A stretch of DNA of 64,000 bases from Curvularia clavata. Lineage: Eukaryota. The notes below the pieces were generated by a model. The model was not told the origin of the DNA. It searched no databases and was given only the letters and a program-made list of their open reading frames with translations. The number at the start of each line of letters is the position of its first letter. Position 1 is the stretch's first letter. The DNA is taken from assembly GCA_023920165.1 (NCBI GenBank), contig CP089276.1:4030001-4094000 (forward strand), read 5' to 3'. The position numbers were made by a program, and so were the translations under genes. Of the stretch, positions 62,828-64,000 are shown piece by piece.

Positions 62828-63549
62828 ATCCGACAGGCTTGTAGCAGATCCCTGCTGTGTGTGTATGTGTGTGGGAGAACTCGCAGTAGAGTGATGGGTG
62901 AAAGAGGAGAGTGGGCTAGCCTATGGGATGGGCTGCTCTGATGAGGTGAAAGGCTCGACTATCTGTTCACGCTCACAATCGTCAGTACTTGGAACTTGTA
63001 GCATACAAGTTCAGAGGTCCTGGGCAGTGCGGCGAGAGGTTGTCTGTGAGTGTTTGTTGTTGGCGAGAGATTAAGTGCGAGTGACGGCTCTGCTGCATAC
63101 TAAGGGCATATGGGCGTGCTGCCACAGGTAACCACGATAACAACAAACGCACCGCACCGCACACTCACCTCGAAATTTGACAGACAGCCACGTGCGGGCG
63201 TAAAATTAGCAATGACGCCATCAGACAGTGAAAGTAGAGAACCTCGTTACCTGCTCCATGCCAGCTAGCTGCCAATTGAGAATATGCATGCATTTGTAGA
63301 TAAAAACGGAACGAGATGTTTGAATTGACTGTCGTTTGAGCCTCGTGCAGGGCAACAAAGCCAGTCAGGTCAATATGTAGAGAGCAAAATGAAAAAGCCA
63401 GCCGGGTAATGGCAGAAGAAAAAGATCGCTACCCACAAATGGCGCCTGTATTCGAAGAGGTATCCAAAAGATTCACGCCTAATCAAAGAAGTTGTGCAAT
63501 GCAACGCTCCCAAGCGTGCGGTCGTGCTTAACTGTCGCCTCCACCACGT

Positions 63550-64000
63550 TCAAAGTATGCAGCATTTCTTACCCTTCTTTCGCTCGCCGCCCTCTTTCTT
63601 TGACGCTGGTGGCTCCAGTGCTGCGACAATTGCCTGGTTTCAAAGTAAGTATTGTGGGAAGCCTAGGCTTGTGGAATTGGCCTACCTCGTCGAATACATC
63701 CTTGAGCTTATATTGGGTCAGCGCCGAGCACTCGACGTACTTGACGGCACCAAGTTCGCGCGCCATTCGCTCGCCGTCCTCCTTCTTGACCGGGGCCATT
63801 CTCTGCTTGGAGAGCTTGTCTTTGACTGCATTATCTTCTCGAAGATCCACCTGCGTACCAACGATAAGACAAGGTACGCCTGGGCAGTGGTGGTGCACCT
63901 CGGGGAACCATTTCTCGCGGACGTTCTCGAAGGAAGCGGGGGAAGTTACGGAGAAGCAGACGAGAAAGACATCAGTCTGTGGGTACGACAAGGGTCGGAG
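63550..64000 (-). CDS. CDC42: Rho-family GTPase Cdc42 (3' part; 5' end beyond the window)
   Basis: [59 protein letters not shown], intron 63685-63634, then [18 protein letters not shown] stop. Confidence 0.97.

Overview
Gene-dense 64-kb window from a filamentous ascomycete. The short GT-AG introns with CTAAC/CTGAC branch sites and the gene content are most consistent with a Dothideomycete/Pleosporales-type genome; that assignment is inference. I can support about 28 protein-coding loci, most of them spliced, so the ORF track fragments them. Housekeeping genes: ETF-beta (partial), Sel1/TPR mitochondrial protein, Bud21/Utp16-like protein, twinfilin, SFC1 carrier, FHIP/RAI16, AMID-like oxidoreductase, acetate kinase, Cid13-like poly(A) polymerase, two isochorismatase-fold proteins, Nudix hydrolase, RING ligase, TMEM170-like protein, PEX8, PRR1-like kinase and CDC42 (partial). 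Accessory-looking loci: an F-box pseudogene, a secreted protein ending in two tandem knottin-like modules, a CorA-like protein, and a four-gene block (CE4 deacetylase, C45 Ntn-hydrolase, two head-to-head Zn2Cys6 regulators). The most striking signal is at 17.8-22.7 kb. A Clr5-domain/ankyrin-repeat gene and a 77-aa spliced single-pass membrane microprotein gene are transcribed divergently from a shared region carrying about 9 copies of the palindrome CCAGA(A/T)TCTGG. This is a candidate undescribed autoregulated sensor-effector module. No rRNA, tRNA, CRISPR array or intact transposase was recognised. Exon boundaries were read by eye, and all family calls come from motif recognition, not database searches.
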